Part shown: positions 46,275 through 56,663 of the stretch, one piece after another
How positions within the stretch are numbered: position 1 is the stretch's first letter
Layout: the number at the start of each line of letters is the position of its first letter
Origin: a virus
Lineage: Duplodnaviria > Caudoviricetes
Virus record (IMG/VR): IMGVR_UViG_3300032290_001644
Location: 8,736 to 72,735 of that record
Strand: one strand, 5' to 3'
Length of the DNA stretch: 64,000 nucleotides
The notes under the pieces: generated by a model
Told to the model about the DNA's origin: nothing
Seen by the model: the letters and a program-made list of their open reading frames with translations, nothing else
Database searches by the model: none
Program-made: the position numbers and the translations under genes

Positions 46275-47636
46275 TTATACTACATAGGCTGTGATGGTAC
46301 CAGCTAGACCATAACCATGGTGAAAAGGTTGTGTTAGCGTACGAATACCAAACCATTCACCATTTGCGATACTGATAGGATTTGCTGATAAATCTAAGCT
46401 ACCAGGTAGTGGACGATGGTTCTTAAAACTCACATTTGTTGATCGTAGTACGGAGATTGTTGAGCTTTGAGTGGTCCATGTATTTTGAGCAAGAGCTCCC
46501 TCATCATTGATACATTTCACTAGATCAAAAGTGTAATCACTTGTCCCACCATCCTTGGATCCACCACTGAAAACTACTAGATCAATATGCGTAATTTTGA
46601 TTGTGCTTCCAGTGGTATTCCTCCAGATCAGATGAGGATGCAAAGCGATTTCATCAGTAAAATCTTTTGATAAAGTACCTTGGTTGAAAATCCCCGTTAC
46701 ATTTGTATTTGATATGTCTTTTGTACCTACTGCAATCGTGGTTGTCGTTTGTTGGCTATAGGTAATCCATGAGGTAGGTAATGTTGTGTTTGAGCTTGTG
46801 CTGATGGTAATGGATGAGCTACCATCAAAGGAGGCTGATCCACTGACTGCACCACTTAAAGCAATTGTTCTAGGAGTGGCCAATTTGGTAGCGGTTGCAG
46901 CATTTGCATTGATAGATGAAGGCAAGCTCAAGGTGATACGAACATCGTTATCAACCTTTGATCTAGCAACCTCAATCTCATTTGTCGTACCATGAAAAGA
47001 TAACTTATCACTGGCCAAATCAACGACGGTAAGCGGTAGCACTACATCATTAGCACTTACATTTAGATTAGGACTTGGGATTGTTGGCAAGTCTTGATTT
47101 TTCCATCCTAGAACGGAATCATATCTTAGAGCTTGTCCCTCAGTTGGTGCATTGATAGAAACATCAGTCAATTCGTTCAAGGTTGTGGCACCGCTGAAAT
47201 GCTCAACCTCATCAACTAGCGTATTATAAATGGAGGACCAATTCTTTTCGCCAGTAGACGGCTTCTGAAGGCCTTTATTCTCTGATAGTACACGAATATG
47301 AACAAAAGAAGATTGAGGTGCTAAAATAGCATCGCTCTGGCTTGTTTCCCCCGTGCTTGTGTTGGTAGCAATCAAGAAAACTCTATAATTCCCCCAAATA
47401 TCAACATTGTTCAAGATAGGATTTTGGATAGTGGTACTACTCAAGGTTGCACTACTGCCACTTGGTTTTGAGAGCGACCATGAATAGAGAAAACTTGCAC
47501 TTGGGTGATTACTATCTTGTGCTTGACCATAAAGCTGGATGTTTGTTTGTGGTAGGCTTACACTAGCTAGATCAATGATCTTATCATGCTGACTAGCTAC
47601 TGGGTTTGATTGACTACTTGTATATGTGATGATCAT
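46275..47636 (-). CDS. Tail fibre or appendage protein
   Basis: PKD-like N-terminus (LYSWSLSKPSG), LNELTDVSINAPTEGQAL, ATAATKLATPRTIALSGAVSGSASFDGS fibre motif. Confidence 0.7.
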   Translation of the reverse strand: MIITYTSSQSNPVASQHDKIIDLASVSLPQTNIQLYGQAQDSNHPSASFLYSWSLSKPSGSSATLSSTTIQNPILNNVDIWGNYRVFLIATNTSTGETSQSDAILAPQSSFVHIRVLSENKGLQKPSTGEKNWSSIYNTLVDEVEHFSGATTLNELTDVSINAPTEGQALRYDSVLGWKNQDLPTIPSPNLNVSANDVVLPLTVVDLASDKLSFHGTTNEIEVARSKVDNDVRITLSLPSSINANAATATKLATPRTIALSGAVSGSASFDGSSSITISTSSNTTLPTSWITYSQQTTTTIAVGTKDISNTNVTGIFNQGTLSKDFTDEIALHPHLIWRNTTGSTIKITHIDLVVFSGGSKDGGTSDYTFDLVKCINDEGALAQNTWTTQSSTISVLRSTNVSFKNHRPLPGSLDLSANPISIANGEWFGIRTLTQPFHHGYGLAGTITAYVV

Positions 47637-47640
47637 GGTT

Positions 47641-49014
47641 TTATCCTACGGTAACATCGATTGAAAGCATGGTGATATTATAGATATTGATATTGAATGA
47701 GGCATTTAAAAAATCTCTTCTTCTGATCTTGAAACCAATTGCAGTTTGCAAGACACCATTCACATCCACATACTCAACCGATTGCACTTTGTTGGCTGTC
47801 ACAATATCATCGACAGTACCGTTTAGAAGAATATCAAAGCCTTTTTGATCTTGATTTTGAAATTGAAATTCGTAGGTGTTAACTGGATTGATATCTGGTA
47901 CCACCGTGTGTAGTGTACATGTAAATAACTTGTCCAGATATGCAGCAGGTACCACTACCACATATGTTGCCAAGGCTGATCGAACGGATGCATTATTTGT
48001 ATTGATTGCTTGAGGGGTATATGGTGAATTGAGCACATTACCATATTCAACCAGCGTTGTATAGTCTTGCTTGATATCTAAATTGAAATCATCTAGCGTG
48101 TTTTGTGTAAGCGTAATCGTATTTGAATAAGGGTCTCGAAGATCTAGAACATGCTTGAGATTGATTGAGCTTCTCTTCTTTTTAGCAATAAAAGTATTGA
48201 AACTTGTAGTTAGTGATGCAAGCGAAACATTGATATCATTGATCTTTGATTTTAGATGCTCCAGGCCTTCTTGTAAGCCTCCAATACCGACTGGATTATC
48301 GTTAGCAATCCATTCACTTGCGTTATCGGTAAGGGGGGAATTTCCAACAAGTTGATCCGCTAGATAATAAGGTGTAATCCCCGCCAACGACAATTGAACG
48401 GTACTACCTGAAAGAGACCATTGAGTGATACGGCCAATTAGAGACCATGCTTCACCATCATCACCTAAATCACTAGGTACGCCAACACTAAAGATTGTGC
48501 TTTCAATTTGTCTCGTTGCAATCGCTTGAGTAACTTCTGCACCATCTACGACGGACCAAAAACGGCGGTTTTGTGTACTACCACTACTAAGCACTCTCTT
48601 GGCAAAGATCGGGGGGTAGAATTGTGCATGTGTTGCAGAAACATAGCTTGCACTGGTAGGTCTAGGGGGGAGTGCTGAATTTGTTGTGTAGTAAATTTGA
48701 GTAAGTGCATGAGCTACGGTAAAATCGCAATTCCCATTTGTTGCACTTGTACGGTGCAAGCATACGGTACCTTGAGTAGCATCATCCCCGCTAATCGTAC
48801 GAGCAAAATAACTGAAATCACTAAAGGCAATTAACTTACTTGAATTGTTGATTGTGCTTGAGCTATCCCACTTCTTAAGCAAGCCTCCACCAGTGGTAAC
48901 TAAGCCACCAAGCAAGCGACTGACTTGCTCATGCACGATGTCTTGTAAGCCTTGCACATCTTCAAGATCAAGTCTTTCAAGTGGTTGTAATAGTACTTTT
49001 TTTTCAATAGCCAT
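47641..49014 (-). CDS. Baseplate or fibre-attachment protein
   Basis: 457 aa directly downstream of baseplate J; N-terminal QPLERLDLED. Confidence 0.55.
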   Translation of the reverse strand: MAIEKKVLLQPLERLDLEDVQGLQDIVHEQVSRLLGGLVTTGGGLLKKWDSSSTINNSSKLIAFSDFSYFARTISGDDATQGTVCLHRTSATNGNCDFTVAHALTQIYYTTNSALPPRPTSASYVSATHAQFYPPIFAKRVLSSGSTQNRRFWSVVDGAEVTQAIATRQIESTIFSVGVPSDLGDDGEAWSLIGRITQWSLSGSTVQLSLAGITPYYLADQLVGNSPLTDNASEWIANDNPVGIGGLQEGLEHLKSKINDINVSLASLTTSFNTFIAKKKRSSINLKHVLDLRDPYSNTITLTQNTLDDFNLDIKQDYTTLVEYGNVLNSPYTPQAINTNNASVRSALATYVVVVPAAYLDKLFTCTLHTVVPDINPVNTYEFQFQNQDQKGFDILLNGTVDDIVTANKVQSVEYVDVNGVLQTAIGFKIRRRDFLNASFNINIYNITMLSIDVTVG

Positions 49015-49018
49015 GTTA

Positions 49019-50407
49019 TTATGCTCCTACTCTGATCGTAATACTTTCAGATTTAATTCGTGTTGGGGAAGAGGTTTGAGGCTCGATATTTTGTAGCGGT
49101 GAGCCGTCTGCATTGATAAAGGCAATGTCTAGCACACCGTCAATATCCATGCACCTATTAACAAGTTGTGAGATATAAAGTGTGTCAGTAGGTGCTAAAG
49201 AATTGATATAGGCAACCAAAGCTTGAATAACCGCTGATTGTACGATAGAGGCTGAATATGTTGGCTTGATCTTGAGATTGAGTAGAAGAGAGATAAGGGT
49301 AGGGGTAATCGCTTTAACTACCACTCTTGTGCCTGCTGCTCTAAATCCAGTCATCCTTGTTGGCTCATCTAAATCACCTTCGATTTCTCTTTGGATTTCA
49401 GCAATGATACCCGTATAAACTCTATAAGGTGAGCTTTCCCCAATTGTCCACTCATCACCAGCTTCTAGACCTTGCACATATACAATCCCTCGTTCTGGTA
49501 AAGAGATAATACGGCTTTGAGCTATTGCTTGACCATTCACACGAATTTGACTTGTTGTGATAGGTGCGGTTGCAGGTGCTTCATGATACAAGACTCTTTG
49601 ACCGCCAACCGGTACAATACCCCCAACGGCTTTACCCACTCTTGAGCGAGTAGCAACGCTCATCTCCGCCGTACCATCATCAACAAACAATTCCGAATAT
49701 GCTGGCTTATCCTCTGGCTCAACGAGTTTTGCATAGCGTAGTCTTTCCCCTGTACTACCAACAAAAGAGACTGCTAAAAATTCGATTGCTGCCTTTTGTG
49801 AGCGGGATAACGAGTTAATGTAGGTCTTTGCTCTAGCTCGTAAACTACTATCATCCTCTTCATCAAATCCATTGTTTAGAGCAATCGTATTCGTGCAAGT
49901 GAGAATGGTATCAGGTAAAGACTTGATCGTGTCAATTTCCCCTATTCCGCAATTCCCTAAACTACCTGGTTGGCTAGCAACAACAAAAATACCTGAACGA
50001 CTAGATGCTCCAGCAACCATGGTATAATCATCAATCGTGCGATATGTCATGCTAGTACGAGAACAAACAACCTCACTACCTGCTGGTATGACTAAATCAC
50101 TGGTAGTATCATCCCTAGTCACTTCTAGCACGCCACCACTTGCATGACTGGCTTGTAATCGCCTCACGGTCCCAAGTGGTAGCTCTCTGACTCTCTCATC
50201 TAGATCAATCCCTGAAACGGTATCCAAAAAGTACGACTCACGAATCGTCACTAGCTTTCGCTCAACACTAGCAAGCTCTTGAGCAATCGCTGAATACATA
50301 GTGGTTAAGATTGATCCATTTGAGATATCATCAAGGCTTGTTCTACCTACCGTCATAGCGGTTAAATCCCTTAGTATCTCTAAGGCTGATTTCGGTGTGT
50401 ATGGCAT
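49019..50407 (-). CDS. Baseplate J-like wedge protein
   Basis: GSILTTM..AIAQEL, TVSGIDLDERV, ASQPGSLGN, NGFDEEDDSSLRAR. Confidence 0.88.
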   Translation of the reverse strand: MPYTPKSALEILRDLTAMTVGRTSLDDISNGSILTTMYSAIAQELASVERKLVTIRESYFLDTVSGIDLDERVRELPLGTVRRLQASHASGGVLEVTRDDTTSDLVIPAGSEVVCSRTSMTYRTIDDYTMVAGASSRSGIFVVASQPGSLGNCGIGEIDTIKSLPDTILTCTNTIALNNGFDEEDDSSLRARAKTYINSLSRSQKAAIEFLAVSFVGSTGERLRYAKLVEPEDKPAYSELFVDDGTAEMSVATRSRVGKAVGGIVPVGGQRVLYHEAPATAPITTSQIRVNGQAIAQSRIISLPERGIVYVQGLEAGDEWTIGESSPYRVYTGIIAEIQREIEGDLDEPTRMTGFRAAGTRVVVKAITPTLISLLLNLKIKPTYSASIVQSAVIQALVAYINSLAPTDTLYISQLVNRCMDIDGVLDIAFINADGSPLQNIEPQTSSPTRIKSESITIRVGA

Positions 50408-50417
50408 AATCTAAATC

Positions 50418-52178
50418 CTATATTGGTGCAATGAATGAGATATTATCACTATTCAAAGTTGTACGGCATGTTAAATCAACGGCCACGCCATCCCCGTCTA
50501 CGATCAAAGAAATGCTCGGTACATCTAGAATACGGGTATCACTCAAGATTTGCTCTTTGATATCTACCGCTAGATATGAGCTGACTCGATCAATATTTTT
50601 TGAGCCTATGATCTTTTGGATACCAAAGTTTGGGAAAAGTGTTAATTGTCCCTTCTCAGTAGTTAACCTATAGGCAAGCGTTTGCTTGATTGCATCTAGA
50701 CCAGAGACAAGCGAAAGATCATCCTTACCAAGTACAAGGTCTCCATCAACCAATTTCAAATCGCTTGTGAATTGTTGAGGAGCAAAGCTTGGTGTTGTCT
50801 CTTCGGTAGGTACTAGGATGATATCTCCAGCTTGGAGGATGGATCCATCTGCTTTAGTGTGAGCATCAAGGCACGAATTGAGAGTAGCTAGCTTGATCCA
50901 ATCAGATGGCGAATTGAGCAAATCGCTTGCGACCGTGAGCAGATTTTCACCTAATCTAAGGGTATATTCAAAAGTGGGGTATGGCTCTTGCTCTGTAGTA
51001 GGTATCGTATCAAAGCCTTGATTGAAGGCAGATAATTGCTTAAAACCTCTATCGGTTCTTAAAAAACCTTTGGCTAAATCATCATTCTTTAGGATAGGTA
51101 CAACATAACCTTGTAGTAGCTCCAAGGTATAAGCTAGATCCTCTAAATTTTGAGTGAGGATGAGCAAGTCAAGATCTATTGGTGTACCTTGTGAGAGATT
51201 AGGAATATTGCTATTTTTCCATTGTACTCGTATAGCATCCCCAAACGAAATCCCTTTGATTTCCCAGCTAGCTTGAGCAGTAGTACTCACACCAGTTGCT
51301 TCATCCTCACCATATGCTGACTTGATTTGCTTGATTGCATCCTTGATCGTATCAATAATTCCCCCCATCGTTCGCCAAGCATTTTTAAAATCGTTCTCTA
51401 CGGTTACGGGTAGCAAGGCAACATTTTTGATTGCATTGCTCACCGAACTAACTACATTGCTTGCGTTTGTGGCCACATTGTTGGCAACCGCACCAAAGGC
51501 TCGAATTGCATTTGTGAGCTTTTCTACCTCTTTCACTACATCCATTATTTGATCGTACCAATTCTTTTCTGGTGGTACTGCTTGATCATATGCTTCTAAA
51601 TCTAGTGTCCAATCGTATGAAAGCCTTGTACGATCAGCACGCCAACGCCTAACCTCAACCTTGGCGTTGACTTGCTCCTGTACCGCTCTAAAGACTAGTG
51701 TTGTTCGCTTGTCCTTTAGGAATGCGTCTAGCTCAGTATAATCAAAAAATAGCTTGTTTTTCTCTGATCTAGCTTGTTCCCCATACCCATGCAGGAAATC
51801 CCCAAACTCTTGCATGACTTGATCTGGTGTAAGAAAACCAATAATTCCATTGGCCTTACTTGCCAGTCTAGGACCAAGACCAATCTTACCCTTGATAGAG
51901 ATGGTAGCCTTGCGAGGTGTACCTATCTGGCGAAATACCGATTGATCATCAAAAGTATATTCCACTTTTGCAGGTGTTTCTCGCTCTATACTAAAGGCTT
52001 GAGGTTGTGATGGTAGTACCACCACTTTAACTCTCTTGCCTCCTTGATATAGCTCTAGATAGTAGTCAATCGGTAGGCGTACTACGGTATCTACTACATC
52101 CATCACTTGATCGATAACACTATTGATTTTGTCAAATATTCCCTTTTTCTCAACCTTGCCTTTGATACCTAACTTCAT
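50418..52178 (-). CDS. Baseplate protein: tube-initiator-like N-terminus, LysM domain and gp25/W-like C-terminus
   Basis: YTLRLGENLLTVA.....W..LATLN...LQAGDIILVP (LysM); DL.LVSGLDAIKQ....RL.TEKG.L...PNFG. Confidence 0.7.
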   Translation of the reverse strand: MKLGIKGKVEKKGIFDKINSVIDQVMDVVDTVVRLPIDYYLELYQGGKRVKVVVLPSQPQAFSIERETPAKVEYTFDDQSVFRQIGTPRKATISIKGKIGLGPRLASKANGIIGFLTPDQVMQEFGDFLHGYGEQARSEKNKLFFDYTELDAFLKDKRTTLVFRAVQEQVNAKVEVRRWRADRTRLSYDWTLDLEAYDQAVPPEKNWYDQIMDVVKEVEKLTNAIRAFGAVANNVATNASNVVSSVSNAIKNVALLPVTVENDFKNAWRTMGGIIDTIKDAIKQIKSAYGEDEATGVSTTAQASWEIKGISFGDAIRVQWKNSNIPNLSQGTPIDLDLLILTQNLEDLAYTLELLQGYVVPILKNDDLAKGFLRTDRGFKQLSAFNQGFDTIPTTEQEPYPTFEYTLRLGENLLTVASDLLNSPSDWIKLATLNSCLDAHTKADGSILQAGDIILVPTEETTPSFAPQQFTSDLKLVDGDLVLGKDDLSLVSGLDAIKQTLAYRLTTEKGQLTLFPNFGIQKIIGSKNIDRVSSYLAVDIKEQILSDTRILDVPSISLIVDGDGVAVDLTCRTTLNSDNISFIAPI

Positions 52179-52187
52179 GTCATTCTC

Positions 52188-52880
52188 CTATGGTAGCTCT
52201 ATGCGTTGGTTTAGTGTAGCAAGCAAAGCATCACGGACCTGATTTGTTGGTATATGCTGGGATAGATTGCTAGCCGTGCTTTCAGTGATAGCCGTTGTGT
52301 ATGAAGTAGCTTCCACTGGTGTGATGATGGAGGCACTTGCGAGACTGGTGATAATACCAAGTAGCACGGAATTTTGAACGGTCAAATGAGTGATATAGAA
52401 ATTCAATTCATTCATAAGAGCATTGATAAAGGCTTGTCCATTGATAGCTACATCACTTGTGCTTCCATCGTGGGAAATCCTAAGCTTGTTCAGTTGCATA
52501 CGAATGATATCACTATCCAAAGTGAGACCATTGATACCAAGATTGATACTTGCTCTTGCATTTGATAAATGCGTATCTAAATGACCTATACTATTTAAAT
52601 CACTAGTGATAGGCTTGGTTGATATACCTAAACCGATGGACTGCCTATCTGGTACATCTGGGATACATCCTAGTATGACGGGAATGAATTTTTGATCGTA
52701 AATAAGCACAACGATTGCACCCTCTATAATAGGTTGTACACTAAATCGAGTCTCGCTTCCCCCCCAGCTTAGTTGCCTGGCGTTGCTCACAATCAAGCCA
52801 TCATCCATCTGAATTTGGTAGAGTATTTCCCCACTACCACTCTTTGAGATTGCTTGCACTTTACCTTTACAAATCTGCAT
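52188..52880 (-). CDS. Baseplate spike or puncturing protein (gpV-like)
   Basis: OB-fold-like N-terminus (QPIIEGAIVVLIY...PVILGCI); position after the hub. Confidence 0.6.
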   Translation of the reverse strand: MQICKGKVQAISKSGSGEILYQIQMDDGLIVSNARQLSWGGSETRFSVQPIIEGAIVVLIYDQKFIPVILGCIPDVPDRQSIGLGISTKPITSDLNSIGHLDTHLSNARASINLGINGLTLDSDIIRMQLNKLRISHDGSTSDVAINGQAFINALMNELNFYITHLTVQNSVLLGIITSLASASIITPVEATSYTTAITESTASNLSQHIPTNQVRDALLATLNQRIELP

Positions 52881-52881
52881 A

Positions 52882-54372
52882 CTATCCTCGCCTTTCGATT
52901 TGTGATTTAGGAATAGGATTGATAGCGGTTTTTTGATTGTTCTGGGGATAATCTTTCTTCACTTGCTTGGGGTAGAATAGAGGCAGCCTACTTTTACTAC
53001 CTCGTTCAAAATGTAAATCTATCGAGCCTTCTTGGATACCGGAAGTGGATAGGCCTATCTTGTATTCGATCTTTGTAATATATGCAGTAAAGCCTTGGCA
53101 CGATACCCACTGACCTACCGTAAGAGCTTGTGTAAATGCTAATCCTAGCTTTACAATTCCCTTACTATAATATGCTCCATCACCATATAAACAAAAACCT
53201 AATTCAGTCAATTTAGCACTAGTGAGCGGGGATGGATCCTCTACATAGAAATTTGTGATTACTTTGTGTGATATCCCAAACTCCTCAGCATCATCCTCAT
53301 TCATGACGAGATGATTTAAGCTTTCCGCCAGTGAAAAAGCTATGCTTGAATTGCTTGCACTCACACCATTGTATACGGAAACGGCGTTGATCATTTCATC
53401 ATCATATGCATATGATATAGATAGGATTTGGTGAACGGGTATCTCAAGGTACTCGATCTTTGATCTATCACTTGTATCTTCAGTGAATGTAAGCTCCACC
53501 ACTGGACGAGAAAGGATCCTCGTATCTCTCACTTTCTCAAGGGATTTTTTAGAGATATTGAATTTTGGTGGCAAAGGCTTGTACCTAAACACAATCGTTG
53601 GTACCGCTCCTAAAGCCTTGTAAAGTATTTTCTTTGATTGCTCAATCTTATAGTCTTCTTGGTATGGTACAAGTAGGAAGAAAAACTCGACAAGCTCTGG
53701 CGTTTGTTGGAATATTGTCATGAATTTTTGAAGAGTCAGTAGCTTGTCATTGGGATTGACTAGACCTTGCTTCAAAATTGAATACACTTTATTGTTGTCA
53801 TTTGCATATTGAGCAAGTTGAGGCAAATGATAGCCTTGGACACCATCACAAATGTTGATTAGATCAGATACTTTCAAGCCTTGCTCGAATAAGGATTGGG
53901 GTACTTTGGCAAAGGCAAATTGATCAAGTGTATATTGCAAGATCTTAGCAAAATCGTTTTCTTGCCTTAGATACGCAGCATAAGTAGCTAGTACCTCACT
54001 TCTTACGGTTCCATAGAGAGTGGCAGAATTAGAGTGTACAATTTCAGAATTGAGCATCCTTGTGAAAATACTATCACATGTGAGTGAGCCAGTTGTGATT
54101 TCAAGGCCTGAAAAATCAAGTATCGTTTCAATTGAGATACTATCGATAAATCCCCAGTACAACAACTGATCTAAATATTTGATCATGAGTTGCTTGCCTT
54201 TGAGAGCAAATTTGTCTCCATTTGTAAACAAGCTATCAATGCTTGTGCTAAACATTTGGATACTTAGTGTTGCCTTATTGCTGGTCAAATCGATTGCTTG
54301 ACTGAATGAAATATCAGTAGTCAGCTTCGTGATGTCAATTCGTTGTTGTCCAATAATTTCTACTTTAATCAT
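52882..54372 (-). CDS. Baseplate hub protein
   Basis: 496 aa after the tape measure; beta-rich, ends with a GQWV..QG..AYITKIEY barrel. Confidence 0.6.
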   Translation of the reverse strand: MIKVEIIGQQRIDITKLTTDISFSQAIDLTSNKATLSIQMFSTSIDSLFTNGDKFALKGKQLMIKYLDQLLYWGFIDSISIETILDFSGLEITTGSLTCDSIFTRMLNSEIVHSNSATLYGTVRSEVLATYAAYLRQENDFAKILQYTLDQFAFAKVPQSLFEQGLKVSDLINICDGVQGYHLPQLAQYANDNNKVYSILKQGLVNPNDKLLTLQKFMTIFQQTPELVEFFFLLVPYQEDYKIEQSKKILYKALGAVPTIVFRYKPLPPKFNISKKSLEKVRDTRILSRPVVELTFTEDTSDRSKIEYLEIPVHQILSISYAYDDEMINAVSVYNGVSASNSSIAFSLAESLNHLVMNEDDAEEFGISHKVITNFYVEDPSPLTSAKLTELGFCLYGDGAYYSKGIVKLGLAFTQALTVGQWVSCQGFTAYITKIEYKIGLSTSGIQEGSIDLHFERGSKSRLPLFYPKQVKKDYPQNNQKTAINPIPKSQIERRG

Positions 54373-55886
54373 AGCTTACTCCCCCCAAAGGCATCAGTAG
54401 GCTTTCGGTTTAATTCTTGTTTCATCTTTACGGGGTCTGGCTTGCCAAAACTGAATTTGTCGGTCAATTTTTCAACCGCTTCGATCGTCTTATTCATCAC
54501 CTCCGCCAATGAATTTACCCCCTTTGAAAGAACGGTAAGACCGAGACTTAACGCTTGTGCTGCTGTCTCCCCCGTCTTCCCCAAGGCCTCATAATCTTGG
54601 GGGGTAGATATGCTTGTTTTTCTTACTCTTGTATCTGCTTGAATTGCTGAAATAATTGAGCCTGAATTACCAAGAGCTGAATTGATAATTTGCATTTCTG
54701 CACTCGCTTGTGCTGATGCAATCCCACCTCTACCAATTGCACTAAAATCACCTTTGCCTTTACCTAGTAATAGTGGCAATTCCTTGAAGGCATCCATGAT
54801 TTCTGGCGGGAGTGATTGACCCATAAAATTATATCTTGATAGTTGTAGTTGCTGGGATAAACTTAGATCCGGTCTTGATTTTATTGCATCCGCTTGCTGT
54901 TGTGCCAGCAGTAATCCAGCTTGTTGCGTTGATAGCTTGCGATTAAAAGTCTCAAGAGGATCAGAGGCAATAATACCTTTCTTGAGTGCATCCTCTTTTT
55001 GAATTTCACTAATGGTCTGCAATAAGCTTGTTCCCTTACTACTTGACTCACTGATCTTGCGTAGTAGCTCGGTTGTATTTGTACTCGCAAGTGATAGGTC
55101 TCCATTCATTCGGTCAGATAGCATCGTTTGGATTGAAGATAGACCTGATCGTCTTTGCTCTGGTGATAAGTCTTGAGATAGTAGTGAGTTGACAACGGAT
55201 ACCCCTATATTCGCTTGCTTACCTATCGTTTCCCCTAGCTTTTGTACACTAGCAACCAAACCAGCTCCAAGACCTTTTTGCTCACTTGCAATTGCTTGAT
55301 CTACACTAAGCGTTCCAGTACCCCCACTCATAGCAATCGCTCTTTGGATAGCAAAAGCTTCATTTGATTTGTACCCCTTACCCGCAAATCCACTGATACC
55401 GCTTCCCCCTAAGCCTTTTAAATCCGCAAGACTTGAGCTATATGCTCCCGCTTGGTCACCTGCTCCCATCAAGGTTGTGAATTGGCTGGCAAGTAAGCCA
55501 CCAAGGCCAAAGGGAATAGCGGCAAGTTGTCCAGCAAAGCCGTTGCTCAAGCCACCAACCTGACCAGCCTTGCTCGTGATTTGAGACATGCGTTGATCGA
55601 TTTGTTGAAAGCTCATGTCTCTATCACTACTACGCACTTGTACTTGCTGGGTACCTTGTACTTGCTGGGTATTGCTTGCTATCAGTTTTTGATTGATATC
55701 TATGAGCTGCTTTAGAACGGAAGTTAAACCATTCATAGCGGTGATGATACCTGTTGAGCCAGTAGCTTGGGGTGTGCTTGTTGGAGGTGCAATTGTTGGT
55801 TGTGCTAGTGGCGGTTGCGTGATTTGAGGTTGAGCAACACCCATTGGCGTGGGAATTGTGTTATTTGTAGGTTGCGAGGTAATCAT
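54369..55886 (-). CDS. Tape measure protein
   Basis: 505 aa Ala/Gly/Gln/Ser/Leu-rich helical protein directly after the chaperones. Confidence 0.75.
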   Translation of the reverse strand: MITSQPTNNTIPTPMGVAQPQITQPPLAQPTIAPPTSTPQATGSTGIITAMNGLTSVLKQLIDINQKLIASNTQQVQGTQQVQVRSSDRDMSFQQIDQRMSQITSKAGQVGGLSNGFAGQLAAIPFGLGGLLASQFTTLMGAGDQAGAYSSSLADLKGLGGSGISGFAGKGYKSNEAFAIQRAIAMSGGTGTLSVDQAIASEQKGLGAGLVASVQKLGETIGKQANIGVSVVNSLLSQDLSPEQRRSGLSSIQTMLSDRMNGDLSLASTNTTELLRKISESSSKGTSLLQTISEIQKEDALKKGIIASDPLETFNRKLSTQQAGLLLAQQQADAIKSRPDLSLSQQLQLSRYNFMGQSLPPEIMDAFKELPLLLGKGKGDFSAIGRGGIASAQASAEMQIINSALGNSGSIISAIQADTRVRKTSISTPQDYEALGKTGETAAQALSLGLTVLSKGVNSLAEVMNKTIEAVEKLTDKFSFGKPDPVKMKQELNRKPTDAFGGSKL

Positions 55887-56187
55887 GTAAATCTTCTCCT
55901 CTTGCTAATGCTTGTTCCATCTTGTCTATCTCGCTAATACCCGTTGTAGCGATACCATCTTGAAAATCGATTTTAGCATAAAGGCTGGGGAAGGCCTGCT
56001 CAAATGTTTCTTGGGTACAATGCAGCATGGCAAGCTCTAGATTTTCCCATGAATAATAATGCTCGATTGATATTTGATATTTGATTTTATCTGGCAATAA
56101 ACTTTGCAGCAATGGAAATTCGCTTTTGTCCCTTAGCCTCTTCACCCTCTTTGGTGCTTGCTCCAAAAAAAAGAGCCTCATGCTCAA
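55861..56187 (-). CDS. Tail assembly chaperone, downstream (T-like) part
   Basis: Overlaps the upstream chaperone by about 100 nt; TTGISEIDKMEQALARG. Confidence 0.6.
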   Translation of the reverse strand: MSMRLFFLEQAPKRVKRLRDKSEFPLLQSLLPDKIKYQISIEHYYSWENLELAMLHCTQETFEQAFPSLYAKIDFQDGIATTGISEIDKMEQALARGEDLHDYLATYK

Positions 56188-56554
56188 CTAGGGTATTCAA
56201 AATCTGAATGAGCAATTGATTATCTTGACCAATCCATTCAGTGAGCCACTCTGGAGGATCTTTGATTTGTACTAGACACCGAGCAAGACCTTGAAGACGG
56301 TACTTCTCTTCTGTTGGTAGATTATCAAATACTACCCCCATGCATAAGCTTTGAAGTACCCTATTCATTGCAAGACGGCTTTCAGTATCCATCACACAAG
56401 AGAGTAAATCGGCTCTAAAATGCTTACCTGTTGGTGCTACATATTCAATAGAGAAAGTCTCTTCCCTACTGACTAAATCATCTTCTTTTTTCTCAACCAA
56501 AGACTCCGCATCAGCCTTGATTTTTCTTAAATCGATTGTTTCCTTCTTACTCAT
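56087..56554 (-). CDS. Tail assembly chaperone (G-like)
   Basis: 155 aa between tube and tape measure; carries a U8 run near its 3' end. Confidence 0.7.
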   Translation of the reverse strand: MSKKETIDLRKIKADAESLVEKKEDDLVSREETFSIEYVAPTGKHFRADLLSCVMDTESRLAMNRVLQSLCMGVVFDNLPTEEKYRLQGLARCLVQIKDPPEWLTEWIGQDNQLLIQILNTLVEHEALFFGASTKEGEEAKGQKRISIAAKFIAR

Positions 56555-56663
56555 GTCTCAATCCTTTCAAAATATATATATCGATATATCAAATTTGCTA
56601 GTAAAGATCTTAAAAATTCTTACACTTGCCAATGAAACACACATACAAGAAAGTGAGAACGCT

